In this document: positions 12,001-18,680 of the stretch, piece after piece | Position numbering within the stretch: the stretch's first letter is position 1 | How the letters are laid out: every line of letters starts with the position of its first letter | Notes under the pieces: generated by a model | Databases searched by the model: none | What the model was told of the DNA's origin: nothing | What the model saw: only the letters and a program-made list of their open reading frames with translations | Program-made: the position numbers and the translations under genes | Assembly (NCBI GenBank): GCA_965240325.2 | Contig: OZ251225.1 | Location: 806,001-870,000, forward strand | Reading direction: 5' to 3' | Length of the DNA stretch: 64,000 nt | Origin: Rebecca billardiae RCC1528 | Taxonomy: Eukaryota > Protista > Haptophyta

Positions 12001-15000
12001 GTGGCGGGCTCGGTGGCGGCGACGGCGGTGGTGGGCTCGGCGGTGGGGATGGTGGCGGTGATGGCGGCGGGCTCGGCGGTAGCAATGGCGGCGGCGGGCT
12101 CGGCGGCGGCATCGGCGGTGGCGACGGTGGCGGGCTCGGCGGCGGCGACGGCGGTGGTGGGCTCGGCGGCGGTGATGGTGGCGGCGATGGTGGCGGGCTC
12201 GGCGGTGGCGATGGTGGCGGTGGGGCCGGCGGCGGCGACGGTGGCGGCGATGGCGGAGGGCTTGGTGGTGGCAACGGCGGCGGTGGACTGGGCGGTGGCG
12301 ACGGCGGCGGAGTCGGAGGCGGCACGGGCGGTGGAGGGCTGGGCGGCGGTGACGGAGGCGGAGAAGGCGGTGGGGCCGGCGGTGGTGAGGGCGGCGGCGA
12401 GGGCGGTGGACTCGGCGGGGGCGATGGCGGCGGTGGGCTCGGTGGGGGCGAGGGTGGCGGCGAAGGTGGCGGGCTCGGCGGCGGCGAGGGCGGCGGCGAC
12501 GGTGGCGGGCTCGGCGGCGGCGACGGCGGTGGTGGGCTCGGCGGCGGTGATGGTGGCGGTGATGGCGGCGGGCTCGGCGGTAGCAATGGCGGCGGCGGGC
12601 TCGGCGGCGGTGACGGCGGCGGCGATGGCGGTGGGCTCGGCGGCGGCAATGGCGGTGGTGGGCTCGGCGGCGGCGACGGCGGCGGCGATGGCGGTGGGCT
12701 CGGCGGTGGCAATGGTGGCGGTGGGCTCGGCGGCGGCGACGGCGGTGGCGACGGTGGCGGGCTCGGCGGCGGCGACGGCGGTGGTGGGCTCGGCGGAGGT
12801 GATGGTGGCGGTGATGGCGGCGGGCTCGGCGGTAGCAATGGCGGCGGCGGGCTCGGCGGCGGTGACGGCGGCGGCGATGGCGGTGGGCTCGGCGGTGGCA
12901 ATGGTGGCGGTGGGCTCGGCGGCGGCGACGGCGGTGGCGATGGCGGTGGGCTCGGCGGTGGCAATGGTGGCGGTGGGCTCGGCGGCGGCATCGGCGGTGG
13001 CGACGGTGGCGGGCTCGGCGGCGGCGACGGCGGTGGTGGGCTCGGCGGCGGTGATGGTGGCGGTGATGGCGGCGGGCTCGGCGGTAGCAATGGCGGCGGC
13101 GGGCTCGGCGGCGGTGACGGCGGCGGCGATGGCGGTGGGCTCGGCGGTGGCAATGGCGGCGGTGGGCTCGGCGGTGGCATCGGCGGTGGCGACGGTGGCG
13201 GGCTCGGTGGCGGCGACGGCGGTGGTGGGCTCGGCGGCGGTGATGGTGGCGGTGATGGCGGCGGGCTCGGCGGTAGCAATGGCGGCGGCGGGCTCGGCGG
13301 CGGTGACGGCGGCGGCGATGGCGGTGGGCTCGGCGGCGGCAATGGTGGCGGTGGGCTCGGCGGCGGCGACGGCGGCGGCGATGGCGGTGGGCTCGGCGGT
13401 GGCAATGGTGGCGGTGGGCTCGGCGGCGGCGACGGCGGTGGCGACGGTGGCGGGCTCGGTGGCGGCAACGGCGGTGGTGGGCTCGGCGGTGGGGATGGTG
13501 GCGGTGATGGTGGCGGGCTCGGCGGTGGCGATGGTGGCGGTGGGGCCGGCGGCGGCGACGGTGGCGGCGATGGTGGAGGGCTCGGTGGTGGCAACGGTGG
13601 CGGTGGACTGGGCGGTGGCGACGGCGGCGGAGTCGGAGGCGGCACGGGCGGTGGAGGGCTGGGCGGCGGTGACGGAGGCGGAGAAGGCGGTGGGGCCGGC
13701 GGTGGTGAGGGCGGCGGCGAGGGCGGTGGACTCGGCGGGGCCGACGGCGGCGGTGGGCTCGGTGGGGGCGAGGGTGGCGGCGAAGGCGGCGGGCTCGGCG
13801 GCGGCGAGGGCGGCGGCGAGGGCGGCGGCGAGGGCGGTGGCGAAGGCGGTGGTGGACTGGGGGGCGGCGACGGCGGCGGCGAAGGTGGTGGGCTTGGCGG
13901 CGCCGAGGGCGGCGGTGAAGGCGGTGGGCTCGGTGGTTGTGAGGGCGGCGGTGGGCTCGGCGGTGGTGAGGGCGGCGGCGAGGGCGGCGGGCTCGGTGGA
14001 GGCGAGGGCGGTGGTGACGGTGGTGGGATCGGTGGCGGCGAGGGCGGTGGTGGACTCGGCGGCGGCGACGGCGGCGGTGACGGCGGTGGGCTCGGCGGCG
14101 GCGAGGGCGGCGGTGAAGGCGGCGGGCTCGGTGGCGGTGAGGGTGGCGGTGGACTTGGCGGAGGTGACGGCGGTGATGAAGGCGGTGGGCTCGGGGGTGG
14201 TGACGGTGGCGGGGAGGGCGGCGGAATCGGCGGTGGTGGCAGGGGCGGCGGGCTCGGCGGCGGAGACGGCGGTGGCGACGGTGGTGGGCTCGGTGGCGGC
14301 GTAGGCGGCGGTGGGCGCGGCGGCGGCGACGGTGGCGGTGACGGCGGCGGGCTCGGCGGCGGCGTCGGCGGTGGGCTCGGTGGCGGTGCGAGGACCAATG
14401 CGGCCGGCGGCGGCGATGGCGGGGGGCTCGGCGGCGAGGGGTAGCCCAGCTCGTAGACGTGAAGCGCCCCCGCGTCCGACCCGCCATCCCAGTCCTTCGG
14501 CGCGCCCGCCAGCACGTGCACCAGCCCGTCCTGCGGCGCCAGCCCAAAGTCTGACGCGAGCGCCGAGCCCATCCACACGCCGATGTCCAGCGTGAGGCTC
14601 AGCCCGCCCTCCAGGTTGGAGAAGACCTGCTCGCTGGTGACCAGGCCGGCGGTGGACAGCTTCACCACCACGAACGATCCCGCCTCCCAGTCGCCGTCGT
14701 CGCCGCCCGGGAAGCCCAGCGCCACGTCGACTGTCCCGTCCGTGTTGTTGCCAACAGTCGCCATCGTGTAGCCGAAGAAGTCAAAGTTGTTGAGCGTAGT
14801 CGTCAAGCCGCCGGTGGCGCTGCCGATCTCCTGATAGGTGCTCACCGTGCCGTCACGGTTGAGGAAGAGCACGAACACGGACCCTTTCTGGCTGGCAGGC
14901 GCGCCGACGATCACATCGGGCACGCCGTCGCCGTCCAGGTCACCGAGCGGCGCAAACGCGGCGCCAAACTCATCGCTGTTGCCCAGGTTCTCGCTGAAGC

Positions 15001-15703
15001 CGCCCACGCCCTCGGCGATCTTGGTGTGCGACTTGACGTCGCCGTCGGCATTGGTGAAGAGCACCCACGCGGCGCCGCCGCCGTCCCCCGGCGCGCCGAC
15101 GATGAGGTCGCTGATGCCGTCGTTGTCGACGTCGCCCAGGTCCGCGATGCCGCGCCCGAACAAGTCGCCGGACGACAGCGTGCCCGTGAAGCCGCCTTGG
15201 CTGGAGCCGATGGTGACGTACGAGCTGACGGTGCCGCTCGTCGTTAGGTAGCACACGTACATGATACCGTTCCCGCCCCCACCGGAGGGCGCGCCGATGG
15301 CCACGTCGGGCACCAAGTCGCTGTTCCTGTCGCCTATTCGGGCGACGCTCAGCCCAAACTGGGCGCCCGATTCGAAGGTGGGCAGGCCACCCTGCCCGGA
15401 TCCGAGGCGCAGGTCGCTGCGCACAGTGCTGTTCGCGCGAAGGAAGAGTACGAGCAGCCCGCCGTCGCCGGATGCCGCGCCGGGCAGCCCGGCGATCGCG
15501 TCGGGAGCGCCATCCCCGTCGATGTCGCCGACGAACGCCAGGCCCTGCTCGCCCATCAGATCCCAGGCAGCGCTCGCTGTGGGGCTGAGCCCCCCAGAGA
15601 GCGCCGAGATCTTATGCTCGCGGGTGAGGCTCACGAATGCGCCCCCCGCGTCGGGCTGGAGGGCCAGCACGAGCAGCGCGCAGGCGGTCCCGGCGCGTAA
15701 CAT
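1..15703 (-). CDS. Giant secreted/surface protein (>5,230 aa, C-terminus beyond window): signal peptide, FG-GAP beta-propeller, ~3,900-aa Ser-Pro-rich stalk, REJ/PKD-like region
   Basis: ATG at 15703 reads MLRAGTACALLVLALQPDAGGAF (signal peptide), then FG-GAP repeats (FVGDIDGDGAPDAIAG; GDLDGDGVPDVIVGAP) and ...VYELGYPSPP. I checked the same frame at 14458, at 2593 (ALESAEFDASATSLVLRFDAPTDRGG..CYWRDDRSLVV) and at 694 (VVNRPPHGGGLAVSPERGIAALTVFALRADSWTDDDADDLPLSYAF). The ORF track lists nothing from this ATG, consistent with no in-window stop. Confidence 0.88.
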   Translation of the reverse strand, partial: MLRAGTACALLVLALQPDAGGAFVSLTREHKISALSGGLSPTASAAWDLMGEQGLAFVGDIDGDGAPDAIAGLPGAASGDGGLLVLFLRANSTVRSDLRLGSGQGGLPTFESGAQFGLSVARIGDRNSDLVPDVAIGAPSGGGGNGIMYVCYLTTSGTVSSYVTIGSSQGGFTGTLSSGDLFGRGIADLGDVDNDGISDLIVGAPGDGGGAAWVLFTNADGDVKSHTKIAEGVGGFSENLGNSDEFGAAFAPLGDLDGDGVPDVIVGAPASQKGSVFVLFLNRDGTVSTYQEIGSATGGLTTTLNNFDFFGYTMATVGNNTDGTVDVALGFPGGDDGDWEAGSFVVVKLSTAGLVTSEQVFSNLEGGLSLTLDIGVWMGSALASDFGLAPQDGLVHVLAGAPKDWDGGSDAGALHVYELGYPSPPSPPPSPPPAALVLAPPPSPPPTPPPSPPPSPPPSPPPRPPPPTPPPSPPPSPPPSPPPSPPPLPPPPIPPPSPPPSPPPSPPPSSPPSPPPSPPPPSPPPSPPPSPPPSPPPSPPPSPPPSPPPSPPPPSPPPIPPPSPPPSPPPSPPPSPPPSPPPSPPPPSQPPSPPPSPPPSAPPSPPPSPPPSPPPSPPPPSPPPSPPPSPPPSPPPSPPPSPPPSPPPSPPPPSAPPSPPPSPPPSPPPAPPPSPPPSPPPSPPPPVPPPTPPPSPPPSPPPPLPPPSPPPSPPPSPPPAPPPPSPPPSPPPSPPPSPPPSPPPPLPPPSPPPSPPPSPPPSPPPPLPPPSPPPSPPPSPPPSPPPPLPPPSPPPSPPPSPPPSPPPPLLPPSPPPSPPPSPPPSPPPPSPPPSPPPSPPPMPPPSPPPPLPPPSPPPSPPPSPPPSPPPPLLPPSPPPSPPPSPPPSPPPPSPPPSPPPSPPPMPPPSPPPPLPPPSPPPSPPPSPPPSPPPPLPPPSPPPSPPPSPPPSPPPPLLPPSPPPSPPPSPPPSPPPPSPPPSPPPSPPPSPPPSPPPPLPPPSPPPSPPPSPPPSPPPPLPPPSPPPSPPPSPPPSPPPPLLPPSPPPSPPPSPPPSPPPPSPPPSPPPSPPPSPPPSPPPSPPPSPPPSPPPPSPPPSPPPSPPPSPPPAPPPSPPPSPPPSPPPPVPPPTPPPSPPPSPPPPLPPPSPPPSPPPSPPPAPPPPSPPPSPPPSPPPSPPPSPPPPSPPPSPPPSPPPMPPPSPPPPLLPPSPPPSPPPSPPPSPPPPSPPPSPPPSPPPSPPPSPPPPLPPPSPPPSPPPSPPPIPPPPSPPPSPPPSPPPMPPPSPPPPLPPPSPPPSPPPSPPPSPPPPSPPPSPPPSPPPAPPPLSPPPSPPPSPPPSPPPSPPPPLPPPSPPPSPPPSPPPSPPPPLPPPSPPPSPPPSPPPSPPPPLLPPSPPPSPPPSPPPSPPPPSPPPSPPPSPPPSPPPSPPPPLPPPSPPPSPPPSPPPSPPPPLLPPSPPPSPPPSPPPSPPPPSPPPSPPPSPPPMPPPSPPPPLPPPSPPPSPPPSPPPSPPPPLLPPSPPPSPPPSPPPSPPPPSPPPSPPPSPPPSPPPSPPPSLPPSLPPIGPPSPPPSPPPSPPPAPPPPLPPPSPPPSVPPSPPPSPPPSPPPSPPPSPPPAPPPPAPPPSPPPSVPPSPPPRSPPVPPPSPPPSPPPGPPPPAPPPSPPPSAPPSPPPSPPPVPPPSPPPSPPPGPPPPAPPPSPPPSVPPSPPPSPPPSPPPSPPPSPPPGPPPPALPPSPPPSVPPSPPPSPPPVPPPSPPPSPPPGPPPPAPPPSPPPSVPPSPPPSPPPSPPPTPPPSPPPAPPPPAPPPSPPPSVPPSPPPSPPPVPPPSPPPSPPPGPPPPAPPPSPPPSVPPSPPPSPPPSPPPSPPPSPPPGPPPPAPPPSPPPSVPPSPPPSPPPSPPPSPPPSPPPGPPPPAPPPSPPPSVPPSPPPSPPPVPPPSPPPSPPPGPPPPAPPPSPPPSVPPSPPPSPPPSPPPSPPPSPPPAPPPPAPPPSPPPSVPPSPPPSPPPVPPPSPPPSPPPGPPPPAPPPSPPPSVPPSPPPSPPPVPPPSPPPSPPPGPPPPAPPPSPPLSVPPSPPPSPPPSPPPSPPPSPPPAPPPPAPPPSPPPSVPPSPPPSPPPSPPPSPPPSPPPGPPPPAPPPSPPPSVPPSPPPSPPPSPPPSPPPSPPPAPPPPAPPPSPPPSVPPSPPPSPPPVPPPSPPPSPPPGPPPPAPPPSPPPSVPPSPPPSPPPSPPPSPPPSPPPAPPPPAPPPSPPPSVPPSPPPSPPPSPPPSPPPSPPPAPPPPAPPPSPPPSVPPSPPPSLPPVPPPSPPPSPPPAPPLPAPPPSPPPSVPPSPPPSPPPVPPPSPPPSPPPGPPPPAPPPSPPPSVPPSPPPSPPPSPPPSPPPSPPPGPPPPAPPPSPPPSVPPSPPPSPPPSPPPSPPPSPPPGPPPPAPPPSPPPSVPPSPPPSPPPSPPPSPPPSPPPAPPPPAPPPSPPPSVPPSPPPSPPPSPPPSPPPSPPPGPPPPAPPPSPPPSVPPSPPPSPPPSPPPSPPPSPPPGPPPPAPPPSPPPSVPPSPPPSPPPSPPPSPPPSPPPAPPPPAPPPSPPPSVPPSPLPSPPPVPPPSPPPSPPPGPPPPAPPPSPPPSVPPSPPPSPPPSPPPSPPPSPPPAPPPPAPPPSPPPSVPPSPPPSPPPVPPPSPPPSPPPGPPPPAPPPSPPPSVPPSPPPSPPPVPPPSPPPSPPPGPPPPAPPPSPPPSVPPSPPPSPPPVPPPSPPPSPPPGPPPPAPPPSPPPSVPPSPPPSPPPVPPPSPPPSPPPGPPPPAPPPSPPPSVPPSPPPSPPPSPPPSPPPSPPPAPPPPAPPPSPPPSVPPSPPPSPPPSPPPSPPPSPPPGPPPPAPPPSPPPSVPPSPPPSPPPSPPPSPPPSPPPAPPPPAPPPSPPPSVPPSPPPSPPPVPPPSPPPSPPPGPPPPAPPPSPPPSVPPSPPPSPPPSPPPSPPPSPPPAPAPPAPPPSPPPSVPPSPPPSPPPSPPPSPPPSPPPAPPPPAPPPSPPPSVPPSPPPSPPPSPPPSPPPSPPPAPPPPAPPPSPPPSVPPSPPPSPPPVPPPSPPPSPPPAPPPPAPPPSPPPSVPPSPPPSPPPVPPPSPPPSPPPGPPPPAPPPSPPPSVPPSPPPSPPPSPPPSPPPSPPPAPPPPAPPPSPPPSVPPSPPPSPPPSPPPSPPPSPPPGPPPPAPPPSPPPSVPPSPPPSPPPSPPPSPPPSPPPAPPPPAPPPSPPPSVPPSPPPSPPPVPPPSPPPSPPPGPPPPASPPSPPPSGPPSPPPSPPPSPPPSPPPSPPPAPPPPAPPPSPPPSVPPSPPPSPPPSPPPSPPPSPPPAPPPPAPPPSPPPSVPPSPPPSLPPVPPPSPPPSPPPGPPPPAPPPSPPPSVPPSPPPSPPPSPPPSPPPSPPPAPPPPAPPPSPPPSLPPSPPPSPPPSPPPSPPPSPPPAPPPPAPPPSPPPSVPPSPPPSPPPSPPPSPPPSPPPGPPPPAPPPSPPPSVPPSPPPSPPPSPPPSPPPSPPPGPPPPAPPPSPPPSVPPSPPPNPPLVPPPSPPPSPPPSPPPSPPPSPPPGPPPPAPLPSPPPSVPPSPPPRSPPPSPPPSPPPSPPPAPPPPAPPPSPPPSVPPFPPPSPPPSPPPSPPPSPPPAPPPPAPPPSPPPSVPPFPPPSPPPSPPPSPLPSPPPAPPPPAPPPSPPPSVPPTPPPSPSPSPPPSPPPSPLPGLPPPAPPPSPPPSVLPSPPPSPPPSPPPSPPPSPPPGLPPPAPPPSPPPSVPPSPPPSPPPVPPPSPPPSPPRTAPPPALPPSPPPSDSPSPPPSPPPVPPPSLPQSPPPGPPPPAPPPSPPPSVPPSPPPSPPPVPSPAPPPSPPPGPPPPAPPPSPPPSVPPSPPPSPPPSVPPPSPPPSPRPRPPPPAPPPSPPPSPPPFPPPSPRPSPPPSSPPSPPPSPPPLPPPSPPPSPPPAQPLPAPPSSPPPSPPPSVPPRPPPSLPPALTPSPPPSPPPSPLHSPPPLPPPSPPPRPPPPAPLPSPPPSPPPFPPSSPPPLSPPPSLPPSPPPSPPPSPPPSPPPSPPPLPPLPSPPPTPPPSLPPSTPPSTQPSFPPSPPPSPPPAPFPLRPPSPPPLPPPSAPPSLPPTPPPSLPPFLPPSQPPGMAMPPLPPSRPPSMPRHPPPSPPPLPPSRPPPSAPPALPPSPPPVPPPSWPPGLLRSPPPQPPPPRAPPSPPPSPPPSPPRPMRSPPPSPPPSPPPAVLPSAPPPFPPPQPSPAQPSSLPPSPPPSPPPSLRALDPPSPPPSAPPSGASPPPPSAPPPRKPPLPPPSPPPGPPPPPPPSAPPPPPPLAAPALESAEFDASATSLVLRFDAPTDRGGLNAGLARCAPLLDDETLGLVAGDAAAAEAAHGGARERQCYWRDDRSLVVNLRAASLVRPGDRVGVRAGVIAHVACAARAPAAPCAAHAYAAAASVVISADAPCGVSSACAAPIASVSGARALPTCAGAALRLVGGVGGGGGVLPLSFEWRVAPLAADPPPAATVAALSALLEALPPTQAVLELGPSALGAEGGFVFSLVLTSALGIASAPATHAVARAPPDGPSVEVDGRSSGVLARAGSAVRLSANVGLSPCWPSTLSAQVRFGWAVLNVTRDDDVDRSGMAAPSAAAPRVPDLSDAAGATLRLPPWSLSAGHAYTLRVLATMAAAPELSASADVSLRVPYLPLRAALTPSAARVGGADAVRLDASASANPNEAAGGGLAFAWAVARASDGAPVELDLANATSPTLLLPPGALPHGAAYLVRVLVSAPGTPALAPAEAEARVDVAAASAPLPALRLVPLGTRKVAPTWERSSGRLVLRATIDAAADAELADGADAEAAHDFVWRAWLVGAGGARAPAPLELADTSAVTTTGAAQPALGFRSGALSPGATYAFEVRATRRADGAAGRAAVAELVVVVNRPPHGGGLAVSPERGIAALTVFALRADSWTDDDADDLPLSYAFSHAAADEGAAAALGAAQRSAHALALLPAGNRTLYVRVADALGASARAAAFVRVYSLRADAADAAVPGSGGAVADAAVSAAVARAQLALAAGDTTRSLQLAGAIAAELGGPAPANASLAAEAAVSLSLLQLSAGAARAGALQEAESRAHATFTLQAVVSAAPPAALATGEMQLSALAQAAAIGAAAATTGVGAAESAALLSALNATLGAPATELAAADAAAVGAAAASA
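4104..10950 (-). repeat. Coding tandem array, 111-bp unit (~62 copies) encoding approx. SPPPSPPPSPPPSPPPSPPPGPPPPAPPPSPPPSVPP
   Basis: Marker ACCGACGGT recurs at 5031, 5142, 5253 and onward (period 111). The distance 4104 to 10914 equals 61 periods plus 39 bp of in-frame insertions. Confidence 0.92.
11040..14330 (-). repeat. Coding tandem array, 63-bp unit (approx. SPPPPLPPPSPPPSPPPSPPP) with 189-bp higher-order repeats
   Basis: AATGG marker at 11151 and 11214 (63 bp apart); the TAGCAATGG variant recurs at a 189-bp period (AAT at 11151, 11340, 11529). The block AGTCGGAGGCGGCACGGGCG occurs at 12311 and 13631. Confidence 0.88.
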
Positions 15704-15868
15704 GTAGGGGCTCCCAGCACAGCGCATGCCCGCCATCCAAGTTCCAGATAGACCTGGCCGATACTTCTGCGTCGTTTGGTTAAACCGCGACGACCTCGCC
15801 CAACCAACTCGGCTCCAGATGGCGTCCACGCGCGTGCAACCATACGGTTCATGGTACTACCAGTACGG

Positions 15869-16758
15869 TGGCCAGCCTGGCCGATACACACCCTTACCGC
15901 TCTGCGCATGGGGAACCCATGCTCGCAGAGCGGCCGGGGCGAATCTCAGGGGCCTGAGGCGGTCCCGGACGCGCGCCCCGCGGCCACACCTGAGGGTGCG
16001 GGCGGGCTCTTCGATCATGTTGGTGAGCTCTCCGCCATCGGGGCGCGCTTCATTGCGCCGCCTCGCCTCGCGTACGGCGTTCCCGTCGTGCTCGCACTGA
16101 CAAGGCTGAGCAGAGCGTAGAGTGCCATCATGATTGCATTCGGTTCCAACTTGCTCGCCAGCCACTTCCAGCCAGGTGCGCGCGGCTTGGGAGTAGACGA
16201 TTAGTTCCGTGTGCCCGGGCTCGTCGTGACACCGGCATGCCGATCCCTCCCCAGCCGAGATGTCAGAGCGCGTGCGCACAGGCAGTCACAGGCAGTGCGC
16301 ACTGGTAGCCAAGTGGACGCGTGTGAGCGACGACAAGCCACGACGAGAAAACGGCCGCATCCAACCTTCTCACATACCACTAGACCACCGCGCAGAATGC
16401 GTCTGAGCCCGCCCATTCCCGCCCATAACGAGTTACAGCGGCTCGATTGTGAGGCGGGTGCAAAGGCGGCGGGTGAAAGCGAGCCCCGCGCGGGCGGCGA
16501 GAGAGACGCGCGTGCATAGACCTGATGCGGGAGTGCCCGAACAACGTGAAGGTGCGTCCATCTTCCAAGCGCGCGACCGGTCCGACACCGCGCCACGCCA
16601 AACGAGCACCACGCGTGTCGCCCCCCAGCGCCGGCCACGCGTCCCGAGGCGCTGCCATGTTTTGTCACGGGCCCGATCTCTGAGGTTAGCCCCGGCCGCT
16701 CTGCGAGCGTGGTTCCACCACGCGCAGAGCGGCCGGGTGTGTATCGGCCAGGTGGCCA
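15869..16758. mobile_element. ~890-bp element bounded by ~80-bp inverted repeats, each containing a GNA-loop hairpin (putative non-autonomous element)
   Basis: 15869-15949 (TGGCCAGCCTGGCCGATACACACCC..CCGCTCTGCG..CGCAGAGCGGCCGGGGCGAATCTCAG) is the near reverse complement of 16680-16758. No credible ORF inside; no target-site duplication identified. Confidence 0.55.
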
Positions 16759-17405
16759 GCCCCGATAAGCTACCCCAGTTCTTCATGCCGCATGATTATT
16801 GACCCTGTGCGTGAACGCCTCCAGAGAGTCAGTGTGTTATTGATGTGATCATCGTCCTCAATATTGAAAGGGCTGCGGCGAAGCCGGCTGGTCCCCAGAC
16901 GGCAGTCGCTCCGCTTTGTGCAGTTGGATTATTTCCAGAATGCCGGAGTCCTCTGCCGAGTGCCGAGTCTGCGGCTCAGCGACTCACACTCCAAGGCGGC
17001 CGAGTGGCCTGACCGGGTCCCGGGGCGTCGGCGCTGTGCGCGCCCGGCCGCCCGTGCGCCGCCGTCGCGGTTCACGGCGGGGCCCGATCCCGCCGCGCAG
17101 GCCGACCGAGTAGTGGCTTTGGGTCACAGTCACAGCTCGGGCTGCACTGGCATCACACGCGATTGGCCACACGGCAGCCCGTTTAAGTTTTCCAGAGACG
17201 CTGGCCCTGCGGCTGCGCATCGCCGGCATCCGCGAGACGTACATCGGTGCAGTGCAAACGCCACACCGGACACCCCACAGGCAGGGTTCCTAAGGCATCA
17301 GGAACTCAGCTCGGCAGCCCGGAGTCTCAAGCCGACCCGCACATCCGCGGTGGGTCGGGCAGCCGCACCGTGACGGGCCGTGCGGCGCTGTGCTCCCCCT
17401 CGGCC

Positions 17406-18404
17406 TCAGAGCAGGTCCTTGAGGAGGTCCATGCCGTCCTTGTCGTCGTCGTCGCCCGGCTCCTCGTCGTCGCCGACCGCCTGGTACCGCGGAGGCGGCG
17501 GCGTGCCGTCCCCGTCGGGCGTCGCGGGCGAATCGCCGGGCGCCCCGTCCGGGCCGTCGAACTCGTCCGGCGGCTTCTGCGGCTTCTTCTCGAGCTTCTT
17601 CTTCTCGCCCGTGATCGGATCGATGATCTCGTCCACGTCCCCAGCGAACGGGTTGACGTACGTGCCGGTCAGCTCGATCTCGCGCTGGCGCTCGAGCTCG
17701 TCGCGCGACTTCATCCAGCTGCGCGCGCGCGGCGATGCGGCGGTGCGTGCGCACGGTGCCGGGCGTCAGCGCACACCGCGATGAGGGCGCGCGCGCACGC
17801 GCGCGCAGGCTGCTCACCGCTCGACCTTGCGCGCGCCCTGCAGTGCGAGGTTACCGCCGACGACCGAGACGCCGACAAACGCCGCGAGACCGAGGGTCCG
17901 GCCCTCGTCGGCAGCATCGGCCTGGTCGTCGTAGTCGTATATCTCCTGCTGCACCTCGGACACGCGGTGCTGCTTCTCCGAGAAGATGAAGTCGCGCGTG
18001 ACCACCGAGTCCACCTTCACGCCCAGCTTACGCAGCCGGTCTGCGCTGAACTTTTCGCGCCGGAACGCCTGCTCGACGTCGGGCGGGACGTACATCCGAC
18101 CCGCGGCGAACGACGGCCGGGCGAGGCCGAGCGCGAGGCCGGCCGCGACGGAGCGCAGCGGCGAGATTCGGCCTGCGGCCGAGCGCAGGCCGGCGAGCAG
18201 GCGTGGCCGTCGGCCTGTGGGCTGTGCAGGCGCACGATCGTCATCGGCTGTGCAGAGGGTGTGCGCCCGCGCGGGAGCGTGTGGACGGATGCATGTGCTC
18301 GCGCGCGCGCAGCCCACGCCGGCTCGCGCCGGAAGCACCGCCGCCTGCGCGCCGAGCCCGAGCGCGACGCACAGCAGCGCTAATGGTGCAACACGTGCCG
18401 CCAT
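17406..18404 (-). CDS. Uncharacterised ~299-aa protein, probably plastid-targeted, with one hydrophobic helix and an acidic C-terminus
   Basis: Exons 18404-17818 and 17718-17406 (GTGAG..GCAG intron; the join reads KVER-WMKSR), 900 nt total. N-terminus MAARVAPLALLCVALGLGAQA followed by an R/A-rich transit-like segment. Confidence 0.7.
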
Positions 18405-18680
18405 CGATCGCAAATTGGCGCCGGACTGGCGGACTGACCGCTCCCGGACCCTGCTTGTCCTGTCCGGAACTACTGGGGTTTCCACTTTCCACTTCCGGTG
18501 TTCCACCGCCGCCGCCGCCGGCGCCGCAGCCGAGCGGCACCGTGCGTGCGCACCGGCACAGGGGCACCAGCTCGGCTCGGCCAGTGGACACTGGCGTCCC
18601 AGCAACAAGCAGCACGTCTCGGCTGCAGCTCGAGCTCGGCGAGTGGCAGGTCGGGCGCACAGTCGGCTGCGTTGGTGGCG

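Noticed and set aside
2106-14576. Four giant ORFs (Gly-rich 3950 aa +, Ala/Val/Met 3635 aa +, Ala/Thr 4156 aa -, Arg/His 3625 aa -)
   Set aside because: These are shadow frames of the CCG/CCA-rich array. Only the Pro frame connects to a signal peptide and recognisable domains on both sides.
15726-17373. Short ORFs upstream of the left giant gene
   Set aside because: No codon bias or motifs; they overlap the inverted-repeat element.
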